25,098 bases of DNA from Pseudobacteriovorax sp. (GCA_050293845.1 JBNKNM010000068.1:1-25098), one strand, 5' to 3'. Numbered from the stretch's first letter, positions 1-9,616 are shown. A program made the numbers and translations. The notes: generated by a model not told the origin, from the sequence alone.

Positions 1-2
1 AA

Positions 3-533
3 ATGGAGCGGTTTTTTTCTGAGGGCCAAGACAGTCTTGAGCTAGAATCGGTGAAAATTGGCGAAGTATTAGGCCAAATGCAAGAAATTTATGGAGAGCG
101 CTTACGGGCGAAAGAAATCAAGTTGATTCAACGTCTTGAAGTTGCTTCCGATACAGAGTTTCTATCAGATCGTAATATATTAGTTTTTAATATCCTTAGT
201 AATCTTTTCTCGAATTCCATAAAATTTACGCCACGACAGCATAATATCTATATAGGAGCTAAAAAAAATGGTCGCTGGATGCAGATTTGGATTGAAGATC
301 AGGGAGTCGGCATTTCACCGTCCCAAGTTCAAGCTATTTTAGAGGGAAATCCCCAGCGTCTTTCTAGCTTGGGAACCGAGGAGGAGAAAGGAACAGGACT
401 TGGCCTTAAGATTGTTATGAATTTTGTCGAAGTTTTAGGGGGAAGGTTTGATGTTAAATCACGGTGCCAAAGCTCCCATCCGGGAAATCATGGCACCCTT
501 TTTACGCTTTCGTTTCCTCTAATAGTAGCTTAG
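3..533 (+). CDS. Sensor histidine kinase, C-terminal HATPase_c domain (probably 5'-truncated by window edge)
   Basis: N-box NILSNLFSNSIKFT, G1 EDQGVGI, G2 GTGLGL and C-terminal GTLFTLSFP. No H-box is visible, so the gene likely starts upstream. Confidence 0.9.
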   Translation: MERFFSEGQDSLELESVKIGEVLGQMQEIYGERLRAKEIKLIQRLEVASDTEFLSDRNILVFNILSNLFSNSIKFTPRQHNIYIGAKKNGRWMQIWIEDQGVGISPSQVQAILEGNPQRLSSLGTEEEKGTGLGLKIVMNFVEVLGGRFDVKSRCQSSHPGNHGTLFTLSFPLIVA

Positions 534-563
534 TAGACTAGGATCACCGAAAGGAATGGTATT

Positions 564-1064
564 ATGAAAACCTCCCTTTTATTATTAGTCATAACTTGTC
601 TAACCAGTTGTGGCATCGAAACAGGCCAGTCCCTTAAGGTTGTCATCTATGGTATAAATGTAGAACCTGCTGATGTTCAGGGAGATACCACTCCCTATAG
701 TATTAAGCTGTCTTTAGAGTCTATTACATTTTTAGCAAGTGCTTCCGGTGGAGTTCCTGCTTTCTCAGGGCCAGCTCAAGAGATTACAGTAGTCGATCGT
801 AAGCAGCGAATCCTTGACTATGATATTTCAAACTATAAAGGAGAAACTATAAGTGATTTAACGATCAACTTAGGAACTTCGTATGTAGCTTCCACTCTTC
901 AGGGTGAGGTTTCGGGAAATTTAACATCAGGTGCTATTGTTTATGGTGATACTTTTGAGGTGGAAACCGGCAAAAGTGTCACCATTGACTATCAAATAAA
1001 TTGGAAGAATATTATTGGTATTGATACTCTAACTGAGCCAACGTTCACTATTCAAAAGGACTGA
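564..1064 (+). CDS. Hypothetical lipoprotein, beta-strand rich
   Basis: Signal peptide MKTSLLLLVITC with lipobox LTS-C(16)G; AAGGA SD-like sequence upstream; no family recognised. Confidence 0.7.
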   Translation: MKTSLLLLVITCLTSCGIETGQSLKVVIYGINVEPADVQGDTTPYSIKLSLESITFLASASGGVPAFSGPAQEITVVDRKQRILDYDISNYKGETISDLTINLGTSYVASTLQGEVSGNLTSGAIVYGDTFEVETGKSVTIDYQINWKNIIGIDTLTEPTFTIQKD

Positions 1065-1185
1065 GTGTTGCCAGAAGTTCTGTAGACTATTTTCAATTGC
1101 ATCCCATTATCAACTGAAAAGGTGCCTAGCTCGTAATTATTTGATAGACTACCTCCCACTATTCTGTAAGGGTGGAGGTGGATAG

Positions 1186-2262
1186 ATGAGAAAAAAACGT
1201 ATCATTGTCCTTTATGGAGGGCAGTCAACTGAACATGAAATTTCCCGACGGAGTGTAAAGTTCGTATTAAATAGCCTGGATCCATCAAAATATGAAATCA
1301 TTCCAGTGGGTATTAATAAGGATGGGTTGTGGTTGGTGCAGAACTTAAAGCGCATCATGAGTCATACGGCCCAAGAAGTCCCTATTTTTGACGATGGTAA
1401 TCCCACTTCAATGTTTGACTTATCTAAACCCCAAGAAAAATCCCAGGGCCCTATCGTTGTCTTCCCTGTACTGCATGGAACACATGGTGAGGATGGTTGT
1501 CCCCAGGGGTTTTTTGAGTTGCGCTCCTTAGCGTATGTTGGGGCGGGGGTGTTGGGCTCAGCATTAGCTATGGATAAAGATGTGGCAAAAAAGCTGGTCT
1601 CCTGTGAAGGAATGGAAATTGCGCCCTATTGCCCTATCAATATCTTAGAATGGAAGCAAAAACGACAAGGTATTCTACAGGATATTGAAAATAAGATCGA
1701 AAAGCCTTGGTTTGTGAAGCCTGCCAGCTTAGGCAGTTCTGTGGGTGTGAAAAAAGCTAAGGGTAGGGAAGAGCTCAGTAATGCCATTGATGCGGCCTTT
1801 AGTTTCGATACCAAAATTTTAGTGGAGTCCGAGGTTCAAGGTCGTGAAATTGAATTTGCAGCCCTCGGAGGTTTTTCTCCGCGTATTTCAGACCCTGGTG
1901 AAATAGTTGCTAACAATAATTTTTACAGCTATACAGAAAAATATAGCGATATGAGTAGGTCGGTTCTCAAAGTTCCAGCTCCCATGTCCCAAGAGGATAT
2001 TGAAAAGGGACAGAAGATTGCGTCTCAGGTTTTCAAGGTTTTAAATCTCTACGGTATGTGTCGTATTGATTTTTTTTACACCCAGGATGGAAGATTTATA
2101 TTTAATGAGGCGAATACGATTCCTGGTTTTACCGAAATCTCCCAGTACCCACAACTTTGGGCACATTCTGGTCTAAAAGGTCCAGAACTAATTGATATTC
2201 TCATTGAAACTGCTGTCGATAGGTGGCATTTACAGGCCGAACTTAGTCGAAATCATAAATGA
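1186..2262 (+). CDS. ddl: D-alanine--D-alanine ligase
   Basis: GGQSTEHEIS, FPVLHGTHGEDG, AMDK, VKPASLGSSVG, omega loop FYSYTEKY (Tyr, D-Ala-D-Ala type), RIDFF, NEANTIPGFT; SD GGAGGTGG. Confidence 0.96.
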   Translation: MRKKRIIVLYGGQSTEHEISRRSVKFVLNSLDPSKYEIIPVGINKDGLWLVQNLKRIMSHTAQEVPIFDDGNPTSMFDLSKPQEKSQGPIVVFPVLHGTHGEDGCPQGFFELRSLAYVGAGVLGSALAMDKDVAKKLVSCEGMEIAPYCPINILEWKQKRQGILQDIENKIEKPWFVKPASLGSSVGVKKAKGREELSNAIDAAFSFDTKILVESEVQGREIEFAALGGFSPRISDPGEIVANNNFYSYTEKYSDMSRSVLKVPAPMSQEDIEKGQKIASQVFKVLNLYGMCRIDFFYTQDGRFIFNEANTIPGFTEISQYPQLWAHSGLKGPELIDILIETAVDRWHLQAELSRNHK

Positions 2263-2376
2263 GTGATCTACTAGAAAAATATGTAGAACTATTAGGATAG
2301 CTACCGATCCCACCTAGTTGTTTCATACTCATACCATTTCGTTGGCCTGTTGCCCCGGACGGCAAGATACCGAAGA

Positions 2377-2405
2377 TTGACTTTGATAGGGGTAATTTCT
2401 ACCTT
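2377..2405 (+). promoter_or_regulatory. Putative sigma70-type promoter of the porin gene
   Basis: TTGACT (2377-2382), 17-bp spacer, TACCTT (2400-2405), 36 bp upstream of ATG 2442. Confidence 0.5.
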
Positions 2406-2441
2406 GCAGCTAATAAAAATTTTCATAGCGAGGTAAAAGCA

Positions 2442-3161
2442 ATGAGACTAATGAAACGTAGGCTAGTATTGTCGGCAGCAATAGCCTTTTTCGCAGGATC
2501 TGCATGGGGAGCCCCATTTTCTGTTGAAGAAGATACGGCGCTCTTTTCGGCCGATGCTTCAATTGATCTTGTGTCATCATACATTTTTAGGGGTGTGACC
2601 CTCAATAAGAATGAATCTGTGCAGCCAGGAGTTGAAGCAGCCATTAAGAATCTTACTATCGGTGCTTGGGGGAGTTTTGCTATGGACCCGGAGGACGAAG
2701 AAGGTGAAAAGGAAGCAGATATCTATGTGTCCTATAGCGTTCCTTTAAACGACGTGTTTACCATCAACGTCGGTGCCATCGAGTATATATATCCTGAAAG
2801 CGATGCGGATAATGACCGGGAAGTATCTATAGGCATTGAAATAGGCACTCTACTGTCCCCTTCTTTGGCAGCCAATTTCGGACTTGATGGTGCTCTGGAA
2901 GATTCCAATTACTACGAGCTGGGACTGTCACAAGATACCTTTAGCTCGGGAGACTTGAGCACATCTTTAGGATTGTTGGTGGGATACCTTGATCCAGCAG
3001 AGAGCAAAGCCGGAGTCTCCCATGTGCAGTTGATAGCTTCAGCTAGCTATAAGTTTGTGCATGCTTCGGCAAATTACTTTGTTGAAACTGATGATGAAGT
3101 GCAAAGTTTCGAGGATAGCGAGACATACTTCTTATCATTGGGTACGGCTTATAGTTTTTAA
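2442..3161 (+). CDS. TorF-like (TIGR02001/Gcw_chp-type) outer-membrane beta-barrel protein
   Basis: Signal peptide ending AWG-A; motif SSYIFRG..NESVQPG..GAWGS..EADIY; alternating beta strands; C-terminal YSF beta-signal. Confidence 0.8.
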   Translation: MRLMKRRLVLSAAIAFFAGSAWGAPFSVEEDTALFSADASIDLVSSYIFRGVTLNKNESVQPGVEAAIKNLTIGAWGSFAMDPEDEEGEKEADIYVSYSVPLNDVFTINVGAIEYIYPESDADNDREVSIGIEIGTLLSPSLAANFGLDGALEDSNYYELGLSQDTFSSGDLSTSLGLLVGYLDPAESKAGVSHVQLIASASYKFVHASANYFVETDDEVQSFEDSETYFLSLGTAYSF

Positions 3162-3283
3162 TGTGATTTATCGGAATACTCTTGGAAAAGTCTTCACAAG
3201 AACAGAATTTGGCCTTCAGTCAAATCAATGTAGATCAAGATTGAGGGCCAAGGTCTATAAAGCTTGGGGATGCTAGAGTTTTG

Positions 3284-3315
3284 AGAGCCCAGAAAGGGCT
3301 TTGTTTTGATATTTT
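3284..3315 (+). terminator. Possible intrinsic terminator after the porin
   Basis: Hairpin AGAGCCC-agaaa-GGGCTTT followed by T-rich GTTTTGATATTTTT, in a convergent intergenic gap. Confidence 0.45.
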
Positions 3316-3335
3316 TAGGAATCTTTTTTGGGCAT

Positions 3336-5117
3336 CTAGAGTCGACTTTCCTCTTCAGGGGGAGTTGGTCGTAAAAGGTTTTCAGTCACCTCTTTGCCAT
3401 TATGCTGAGCATCTGCCAGATCATTGCCCTTATCCTTCTGGAAGCCTTTGACAAAGCCATTGATATCATCTCCATTGACTCCAAGAGTCTCTAGAAGAGA
3501 GTCCACTAAAGGCGCTTGGGCACGATATTTTAAAGCGCTGTTAACGACCTGATCTGCTAAGTTTCCACTACCAGTGGACGAGCCGCTACTATTTCCACCT
3601 GACATATTTTGCATGCCATCGACTTGGAAGATCTTTATGCCATCGATATTCTCCATCGGTTTGACGCTTTGCTTGATAATGTTTTCTAGATTTTTGATAA
3701 GTTCAAACTTAACTTGCATATCAACTTGCGACGCTGACAGCAGATTAGCCGCTTCGTTCAGTGCTTTTTTACCTTCGGCTTCCACATGGTATCGGATCTT
3801 CGCAGCTTCTGCCCGTGCTGTTTCGGCTTGAGCATCACCCTCTGCTAGAATCTTAGTTTTGAGGGCTTGCGCTTCAGCTTCGATTTTTAATGCGTCAGCC
3901 TTATCATCCGCTGCTTGTTTCTCCGCCTCTGCTGAAATTTTTATACCAATAGCGGATCGTTCGGCTTCTTTTTTTGCTTCAATCAACTCGATTTGCTTAG
4001 CTCGTTCAGCGATCTCACGCTCTCGCGATGTTTTCACGGATTCTTCAGCTTCCACAGCAATAGCCCTAGCTTTATCGGCTTCGGCTTTTGCCTCGGATTG
4101 AGCCCTTGACTTTTCTGCAATGGCAATCTCTCGCTCTTGGTTGGCTAATTCAATCAGCTTCTGCTTTTCAATTTGCATGGTTTCTATATCTTTTTGCTTC
4201 TTGATATTCTCCTCTTCGATAGCTCGCTCTGCCAGAATCTTACTTTGATCGATCTCTTGCTTAGCTGCAATTTCAGCCTGCTGAGCTTCCTGCTGTTTTA
4301 GATACTGTTCCTTTGCAATAGTGGACTGCTGACTTGCTCGTTGCAGAGACACTTCCTGTTCTTGTTTTAATTTTGCGTATTCAGATTCTTTATCAATTTC
4401 AAGATTAAGCCGCTGGGTTTCGAGATTTTTATTCGAAATCTGGATTTGGGTATCCTGCTCAATATCGTTGCGGATCTTACGGCGGTGTTCGATCTCCTCC
4501 GTTAGCCGTGTCAAGCCCTCAGCATCAAAGGCATTATCGGGGTTAAAAAACTCTTTCGAAGTTTGATCAAGTCCTGTCAGTGATACGGATTCCAGTTCAA
4601 GACCATTTTTGAGCAGGTCTTCTGTAACCGCTTGCTGAACTTTTTGGACAAAATCAATTCTTTTTTCATGAAGCTCGGTCATACTCATCTCAGCAGCAAC
4701 TGCACGGAGAGCATCGACGAATTTACCTTCTACCAGATCTTTTAGCTCTTCCCGTTGCATGGTTCGCTGCCCTAATGTTTGAGCCGCATTGGCGATGGAG
4801 TCCACAGTTGGCTGAACCCGAACATAAAACTCAGCAACAACGTCGACCCTCATACGATCTCTGGTAATTAAGGCTTGATTTTTATCCCTGCGTACTTCTA
4901 GGCGAAGAGTATTCATATTTACAGGAATGATTTCGTGCAAGATGGGAAAAACTAAGGCCCCGCCATTCATAACAACTTTTTGACCACCAAAGCCGGTCCT
5001 CACATAAGATATTTCTTTCGAAGCTCTCTTATATAGCCGTGCGAATATGATGGCAAAGGTAAGCAAGCCTATAAATATGGTACCACCAATGGTAAAAATC
5101 GAATCGGACGTGTTCAC
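3336..5117 (-). CDS. yqiK: Flotillin/SPFH (band 7) family protein, YqiK-like
   Basis: N-terminal TM; RLYKRASKE..VRTGFGGQKVV..GGA; ITRDRMRVDV.AEFYVRV; NGLELESVSLT.LDQT; FNPDNAFDAEGLT; long AE-rich coiled coil; KPMENIDGIKI and ALKYRAQAPLVD. Confidence 0.93.
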   Translation of the reverse strand: MNTSDSIFTIGGTIFIGLLTFAIIFARLYKRASKEISYVRTGFGGQKVVMNGGALVFPILHEIIPVNMNTLRLEVRRDKNQALITRDRMRVDVVAEFYVRVQPTVDSIANAAQTLGQRTMQREELKDLVEGKFVDALRAVAAEMSMTELHEKRIDFVQKVQQAVTEDLLKNGLELESVSLTGLDQTSKEFFNPDNAFDAEGLTRLTEEIEHRRKIRNDIEQDTQIQISNKNLETQRLNLEIDKESEYAKLKQEQEVSLQRASQQSTIAKEQYLKQQEAQQAEIAAKQEIDQSKILAERAIEEENIKKQKDIETMQIEKQKLIELANQEREIAIAEKSRAQSEAKAEADKARAIAVEAEESVKTSREREIAERAKQIELIEAKKEAERSAIGIKISAEAEKQAADDKADALKIEAEAQALKTKILAEGDAQAETARAEAAKIRYHVEAEGKKALNEAANLLSASQVDMQVKFELIKNLENIIKQSVKPMENIDGIKIFQVDGMQNMSGGNSSGSSTGSGNLADQVVNSALKYRAQAPLVDSLLETLGVNGDDINGFVKGFQKDKGNDLADAQHNGKEVTENLLRPTPPEEESRL

Positions 5118-5126
5118 AACATACTC

Positions 5127-5765
5127 CTAGTTATCTAAAAACTCTGAAACAAAACTATGATCTTTGAAACCAATAAATATAGAGCCTTTTTGGCTTAATA
5201 TAATGATTTTATCGCCCGTATGCCATTCCTCATCATTGTCAGGTTCAACCATGACATAGTGAGTTTGACCATGCTCATCTCTAAGCTTGGCTTGTGCAGG
5301 ACTCCCGGAGCGGGCTGTTCCCAATGTGATCTGTGCTATTTTCCCCACAAACGAGGAACGTTCTACAGCACTACTTTCATCTCCAGGCAAGAAGCGAGCT
5401 ATGATTACTGAAGATATACTGATAAAGGGGATGGTAAGGATAAGGGTGGGGAGCCATGTCACCCAGATGGGAAACGCTGTTCCTAGGAACCATAGGGTCA
5501 AACCATTGAGGAAAAAACCACCCAAGCCAAAACCTAAAAAAAAGAGGACTAATAAAAAGGAAAAAGGAATTTTTCTGACGCGAAAAAGAGAAAAAGTCTG
5601 GTTCAGAACGGGACTGGCCTCGAGATCGAAGTCGATTACGGAGTCTAAGGCATTGAGAAGTCCTAAACCTAAGAGCAAGCCCAACAATTCAAGGGCAAAT
5701 ATCAAGGCAACGACAAATAGGCTAGCAGAAAAAAGAATATTGGCTTGAAGTAATGCAAAAGTCAT
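5127..5765 (-). CDS. yqiJ: YqiJ-like NfeD-type membrane protein with C-terminal OB fold
   Basis: N-terminal hydrophobic helices, then VGKIAQITLGTARSGSPAQAKLRDEHGQTHYVMVEP; 9 bp upstream of yqiK, the usual pairing. Confidence 0.88.
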   Translation of the reverse strand: MTFALLQANILFSASLFVVALIFALELLGLLLGLGLLNALDSVIDFDLEASPVLNQTFSLFRVRKIPFSFLLVLFFLGFGLGGFFLNGLTLWFLGTAFPIWVTWLPTLILTIPFISISSVIIARFLPGDESSAVERSSFVGKIAQITLGTARSGSPAQAKLRDEHGQTHYVMVEPDNDEEWHTGDKIIILSQKGSIFIGFKDHSFVSEFLDN

Positions 5766-5865
5766 TTCGCTTCCAGATATGAATAGAGAAAAAGTTCCTC
5801 ACCCCTTTAATAGACGTCTTGTCGGGCTAAGTATTGCGCTATTTTTGCAAAAAATGTTTTTATTG

Positions 5866-6741
5866 TTACATATAGGCTTTACTATTAAGGAGTTCAGAGA
5901 TGATTTGCTTTGTCTGCAATAAATATGCCGAACCAAATATATTGACATGATTGAGCAAGTGGTAAAGACAATATATTTTGAATCGTGTCTCGTAACCTGG
6001 CGACTTTGGTAACTGTTTGTAGTATGTATCAAAGAATTCCTGGGGAAATCCACCAAACAACCGCGCAATAGACAGTTCGGCTTCGTGATGCCCAAAATAG
6101 CATGCGGGATCGATTAGAACGCATTGATTGTTTCGGTCACACAAAAAATTTCCCGACCAAAGGTCACCGTGGAGCAAACTGGCGCTAGTGTCGGTCACCT
6201 CAGTTAGCGACTTAAAAATAGTTAGAAATAACTCTTCTTCCAGTTCCCATAACTTTTTCGGCCAAATCTCTTTTTGCTTCAGCCAAGTAATCTGCGGTTT
6301 TATTCTCGCATGGACGAAGAAGTGCGCCCAAGTTTGATCTTGATAAATATGATTGAGCTGACGGCTAGTACCGATAAAATTTGTAGCCGGCCAACCGAAG
6401 CTATTCCCTTGAAATCGATGCATATTTGCTAGCTTTTGTGCGAAGTCGGAAAAAAAATCTCCATGAGGTTTTCCAGGTTCAATGTATTCCGTTATAAGAA
6501 AATCGTCTTCAACAGCAATAACTTGAGGAATGCGGAAGCTACTATGATGCTTAAGCTCATTCAGTCCATGGGCCTCTGCCGGCAATATGCCGGTTTTTTC
6601 TCCATCTAACTTTAGAAAATAGTAGGTTCCTTCCTTAGTGACCAGCAAGCGGCTTTCAGAGAGGGAACCACCCACATTACATTTCATGTCAACAATTTTT
6701 CGTAATAGATGACTTTCTATCCGACTTTGCAATGTTTCCAT
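5866..6741 (-). CDS. Fructosamine/ketosamine-3-kinase family protein
   Basis: VGGS, YFLK, AEAHGL, FGWPATNFIG..Q.N, catalytic SLLHGDLWSGN, IDPACYFGHHE.EL, LYHLLNHVNIFG. Confidence 0.93.
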   Translation of the reverse strand: METLQSRIESHLLRKIVDMKCNVGGSLSESRLLVTKEGTYYFLKLDGEKTGILPAEAHGLNELKHHSSFRIPQVIAVEDDFLITEYIEPGKPHGDFFSDFAQKLANMHRFQGNSFGWPATNFIGTSRQLNHIYQDQTWAHFFVHARIKPQITWLKQKEIWPKKLWELEEELFLTIFKSLTEVTDTSASLLHGDLWSGNFLCDRNNQCVLIDPACYFGHHEAELSIARLFGGFPQEFFDTYYKQLPKSPGYETRFKIYCLYHLLNHVNIFGSAYLLQTKQIISELLNSKAYM

Positions 6742-6812
6742 CAGTGTCTCCGCGGGAAGTGGGTGGTTAGTAATATTCTAGCCAGATGGTGTGGTATTTT
6801 CTAGCTTGCAGG

Positions 6813-7805
6813 TTATTTTTTTGCAATAAGGTAAAATCGGTGGGGTGCAGGATAACCTTCTATAGTGCGACTTTGATCTTCAGTTAGAAAATCTTTGAGA
6901 CTCTTGATATTAGCCCAAGGAGTAGCCCGCTGCTCTTCTGGTAATAAGGGAGCGGAATAAACAGCTTGAGCCTGCATTCCAGACCTTTGAATCCAGTTTA
7001 TAAGGCATTTTAGAGTAGGGAGAAACCAGATGCCTTTAGCCCCCGCATAGCGACCGCGAGGTACTAAAGCAAACTCTTCATCACCTGGAATACCTTGGCA
7101 ATCAATGATGATTTGCCCTTTCTTTTTCAATGCATGTCGCATTTTGCGAAGTAAACTGATGGGATCGGTATGGTGGTAGAGAATGCCCATGCAGAAAATG
7201 ACATCGAAAGTCTCAGGAAAAAGGTCTAGATGCTCAACGCCAAACAGCTCGAACGCGAGTTCTGGCCTTGAAGTGTATTTCTGAATAAGGTGGAAATTAA
7301 ACCAATGCTTAGCTACAGGCTCGAAGCCAAGTACAGCACGCGGTTTTAGAGGTAGCATCCGATACATATAATAGCCGTTATGACAGCCAATATCGGCAAC
7401 AATTTTATTTTCCAAAGAACCGATATAAGGTAGCAATCGGTTCCACTTTAGTTGTGATTGCCACTCGCTATCAATGTATTCGCCAAAAATATTAAAGGGG
7501 CCTTTTTTCCAAGGGCAAAAGATTGCTAATGCTGCTTTTAACAAAGCGTTCTGTGCTTTGTCTAAATCACCGCGAGACCCAATGGTAATGGTATCGGAAT
7601 TAAAGTCACATTTGCTAGCAGATACAGCAGGAGCCTGTTCAAGACTAGAAGCATATTTTGCATAGCGGGGATCTGCTAAGTTTTTTTTAAACCTGCAGCG
7701 CATAGCTTTTATACTTTTGAGAGTTTCGGGGTCATTAATAAATTCAAACCAAAAAGGTTCTTCACACCAGTATTCCAATGAATCAATATCCCTTAAAAGC
7801 AACAA
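6813..7805 (-). CDS. cmoB: tRNA U34 carboxymethyltransferase (cmo5U synthesis)
   Basis: PWKKGPF..IDSEWQS..KW.R, DIGCHNGYY, FD.IFCMGILYH, RYA, TIEGYPAP; follows cmoA. Start uncertain: TTG 7805, or TTG 7778 which has AAGGGA 10 nt upstream. Confidence 0.95.
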   Translation of the reverse strand: MLLLRDIDSLEYWCEEPFWFEFINDPETLKSIKAMRCRFKKNLADPRYAKYASSLEQAPAVSASKCDFNSDTITIGSRGDLDKAQNALLKAALAIFCPWKKGPFNIFGEYIDSEWQSQLKWNRLLPYIGSLENKIVADIGCHNGYYMYRMLPLKPRAVLGFEPVAKHWFNFHLIQKYTSRPELAFELFGVEHLDLFPETFDVIFCMGILYHHTDPISLLRKMRHALKKKGQIIIDCQGIPGDEEFALVPRGRYAGAKGIWFLPTLKCLINWIQRSGMQAQAVYSAPLLPEEQRATPWANIKSLKDFLTEDQSRTIEGYPAPHRFYLIAKK

Positions 7806-8538
7806 TGGATAAGAAATTGTTCCAGCGCATGACGCATTCGAACTGCGAAAAACCTGCCCGTTCTATATTCTCTCGGTGTTCCTGCTCTGTGAAAGGAACT
7901 AATACATTATCAAGGGCTTCTTTCTTTTTTTCGATTTCAGTACGTGAATAGCCTTGAGAAGCTTTAAAATCTTCGTAAATGGTAGTTGTTGTTTCTTGAA
8001 ATTGAGGGCAGCTGAATCTTACTTTCTCGCTGAGAAATAGGATACCACCTGGAAGCAGACCGTCATAAATGGAAGCTAGCAATTGCCGCCGGTCAGCGAT
8101 GGGTAAAAACTGAAGGGTGTAATTAATAATTACAGCAGAAGCCCCCGTAATGGATACATTCATAATGTCGTCGCAAATTAGCTTTAACGAGTGCTGTATA
8201 GGAAACTGAGACAGTTTTTGTCGGGCCTTAGCTATCATGGCAGCTGAGTTGTCTATCCCCAAAAAATTTACAGTTTGATCCAGGCTTTGAGCTAAATGTA
8301 GTAACCCTGTCCCGGTTGAGCAACCTATATCATAAATGTTTGAATTGGGTTTATAGTAATTTTTAGTCCATAATGACATATATCGGGTGACATCGCTGTA
8401 TAATGGTATAGATCGGCGTACCATATCGTCGAATACTTCAGCAACATCGTGGTTAAAAGAAAATGGTTTGGGATAGCGTTTTCCTGAAAAAAGCTTATCT
8501 TTTTTGTTATTTAGAATTAGTTGAGGTCTTGGATGCAC
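7783..8538 (-). CDS. cmoA: Carboxy-S-adenosyl-L-methionine synthase
   Basis: F.FN..VAEVFDDMVRRSIP.Y, YDIGCSTG, GIDNS.AM, NYTLQFL, LSEK, GYS..EI..K..AL.NVL; GTG start with AGGAG SD. Confidence 0.95.
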   Translation of the reverse strand: MHPRPQLILNNKKDKLFSGKRYPKPFSFNHDVAEVFDDMVRRSIPLYSDVTRYMSLWTKNYYKPNSNIYDIGCSTGTGLLHLAQSLDQTVNFLGIDNSAAMIAKARQKLSQFPIQHSLKLICDDIMNVSITGASAVIINYTLQFLPIADRRQLLASIYDGLLPGGILFLSEKVRFSCPQFQETTTTIYEDFKASQGYSRTEIEKKKEALDNVLVPFTEQEHRENIERAGFSQFECVMRWNNFLSIVAFKGY

Positions 8539-8710
8539 CGACTCGCTCCTTCTCTATGGGAACACCAGAATTCTGGGGCAGCAAAGTTAACACAGGCTTG
8601 AGAACCTGGAAAGGTCAAATTTCTCTAGCTAGTATCGACCTCTTTCTCAGAATCAACATTGCTTATCCGCACCAGAAATATTAAATAAGGGACTTAGGGA
8701 AAGGGAGGCT

Positions 8711-9502
8711 ATGGAACGATCAAAATTAGACCGTCTGGATAAAATTAGTGTAAGGAACCTCAAAGTCGATTGTATCGTTGGTCTGCATCCTCATGAGTTT
8801 AAGCGGTGCCAGCCGTTGCTTATCCATATTGATTTCTACTTGGATACACGGGTTGCTGCCAGAACTACACGTATCAAGTATACAGCCGACTACAGCCGCA
8901 TTGCTGCTGAAGTCGATTTCATACTACAATATTCAAAATTTAAACTAATCGAAAGCGCTGTGGAAGCAATTTCCCAGCATATTTTGTCAGGGCAATTTCT
9001 AGAAAAACCAACAACTGCTATTGAAGCTGTCCGTGTCACCATGGAAAAGCCAGAGGCTTTAGATGGATATGCTATCCCTTCTATCGAAATTTTACGCTGG
9101 AAAAAGGAGTATTCGTCTTTAGTATACTGCGTGGGGGACGGGGAGTTTATTATGCACAAAAATAGAGACAGTTTATTAGCTAAAAAAGTAATTCCAGCAC
9201 AATCGGAAGTATGGTTATCTCATAAATCTCCAGACCTTGAAATAAACGATATGCTACTGTCCCCTAATCTGGTTTTGCATGATCATGAGTACCCTCTACA
9301 TACCCACCTGCTGCGGCGAGGGGGCAGTGGTGGGTCTAAGGTCTACAATAAGGGAACTCATGACGCTTATATTCTAACCGTTGTAAGAGGCCCGGTGGAC
9401 TCCTATCTGGATGGCACCGATTCAGATTCCATAAGCTGTCGGCAAGCCAAAGTTTACCCGATTACTTTAGGGTTGAATGATTCCGACTTACCTCGCCATT
9501 AG
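8711..9502 (+). CDS. folB: Dihydroneopterin aldolase domain fused to a ~135-aa C-terminal extension
   Basis: DKISVRNL....IVG..PHE....QPL.I, TADY, FKLIE, VRVTMEKP match the FolB Glu/Tyr/Glu/Lys positions; 263 aa versus ~120 aa for typical FolB. Confidence 0.85.
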   Translation: MERSKLDRLDKISVRNLKVDCIVGLHPHEFKRCQPLLIHIDFYLDTRVAARTTRIKYTADYSRIAAEVDFILQYSKFKLIESAVEAISQHILSGQFLEKPTTAIEAVRVTMEKPEALDGYAIPSIEILRWKKEYSSLVYCVGDGEFIMHKNRDSLLAKKVIPAQSEVWLSHKSPDLEINDMLLSPNLVLHDHEYPLHTHLLRRGGSGGSKVYNKGTHDAYILTVVRGPVDSYLDGTDSDSISCRQAKVYPITLGLNDSDLPRH

Positions 9503-9616
9503 AGTAATTCTAACGTGCCGCGTGGGGTTGCTGTGCATTCTGTTACCAAGGAAGTCTACCCTACATGGACCAATAATTCCAAATTTTTGTAGTGATAGCC
9601 TGGAGCATCGGCTGCC

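Noticed and set aside
1186..2262. Van-type D-Ala-D-Lac ligase
   Set aside because: The omega loop has Tyr (YTEKY) and there are no vanH or vanX neighbours.
2335..2385. glnA-type riboswitch upstream of the porin (CGTTGGCC...GACGGCAAG...GAAG)
   Set aside because: No closing AACG to form P1, and the segment lies upstream of the predicted promoter.
3574..5748. Several + strand ORFs (85, 80, 63 and 153 aa) opposite yqiK/yqiJ
   Set aside because: Antisense shadows whose Ser/Ala- or Lys-rich composition mirrors the sense-strand codons. The other short ORFs nested in or opposite long genes were rejected on the same grounds.
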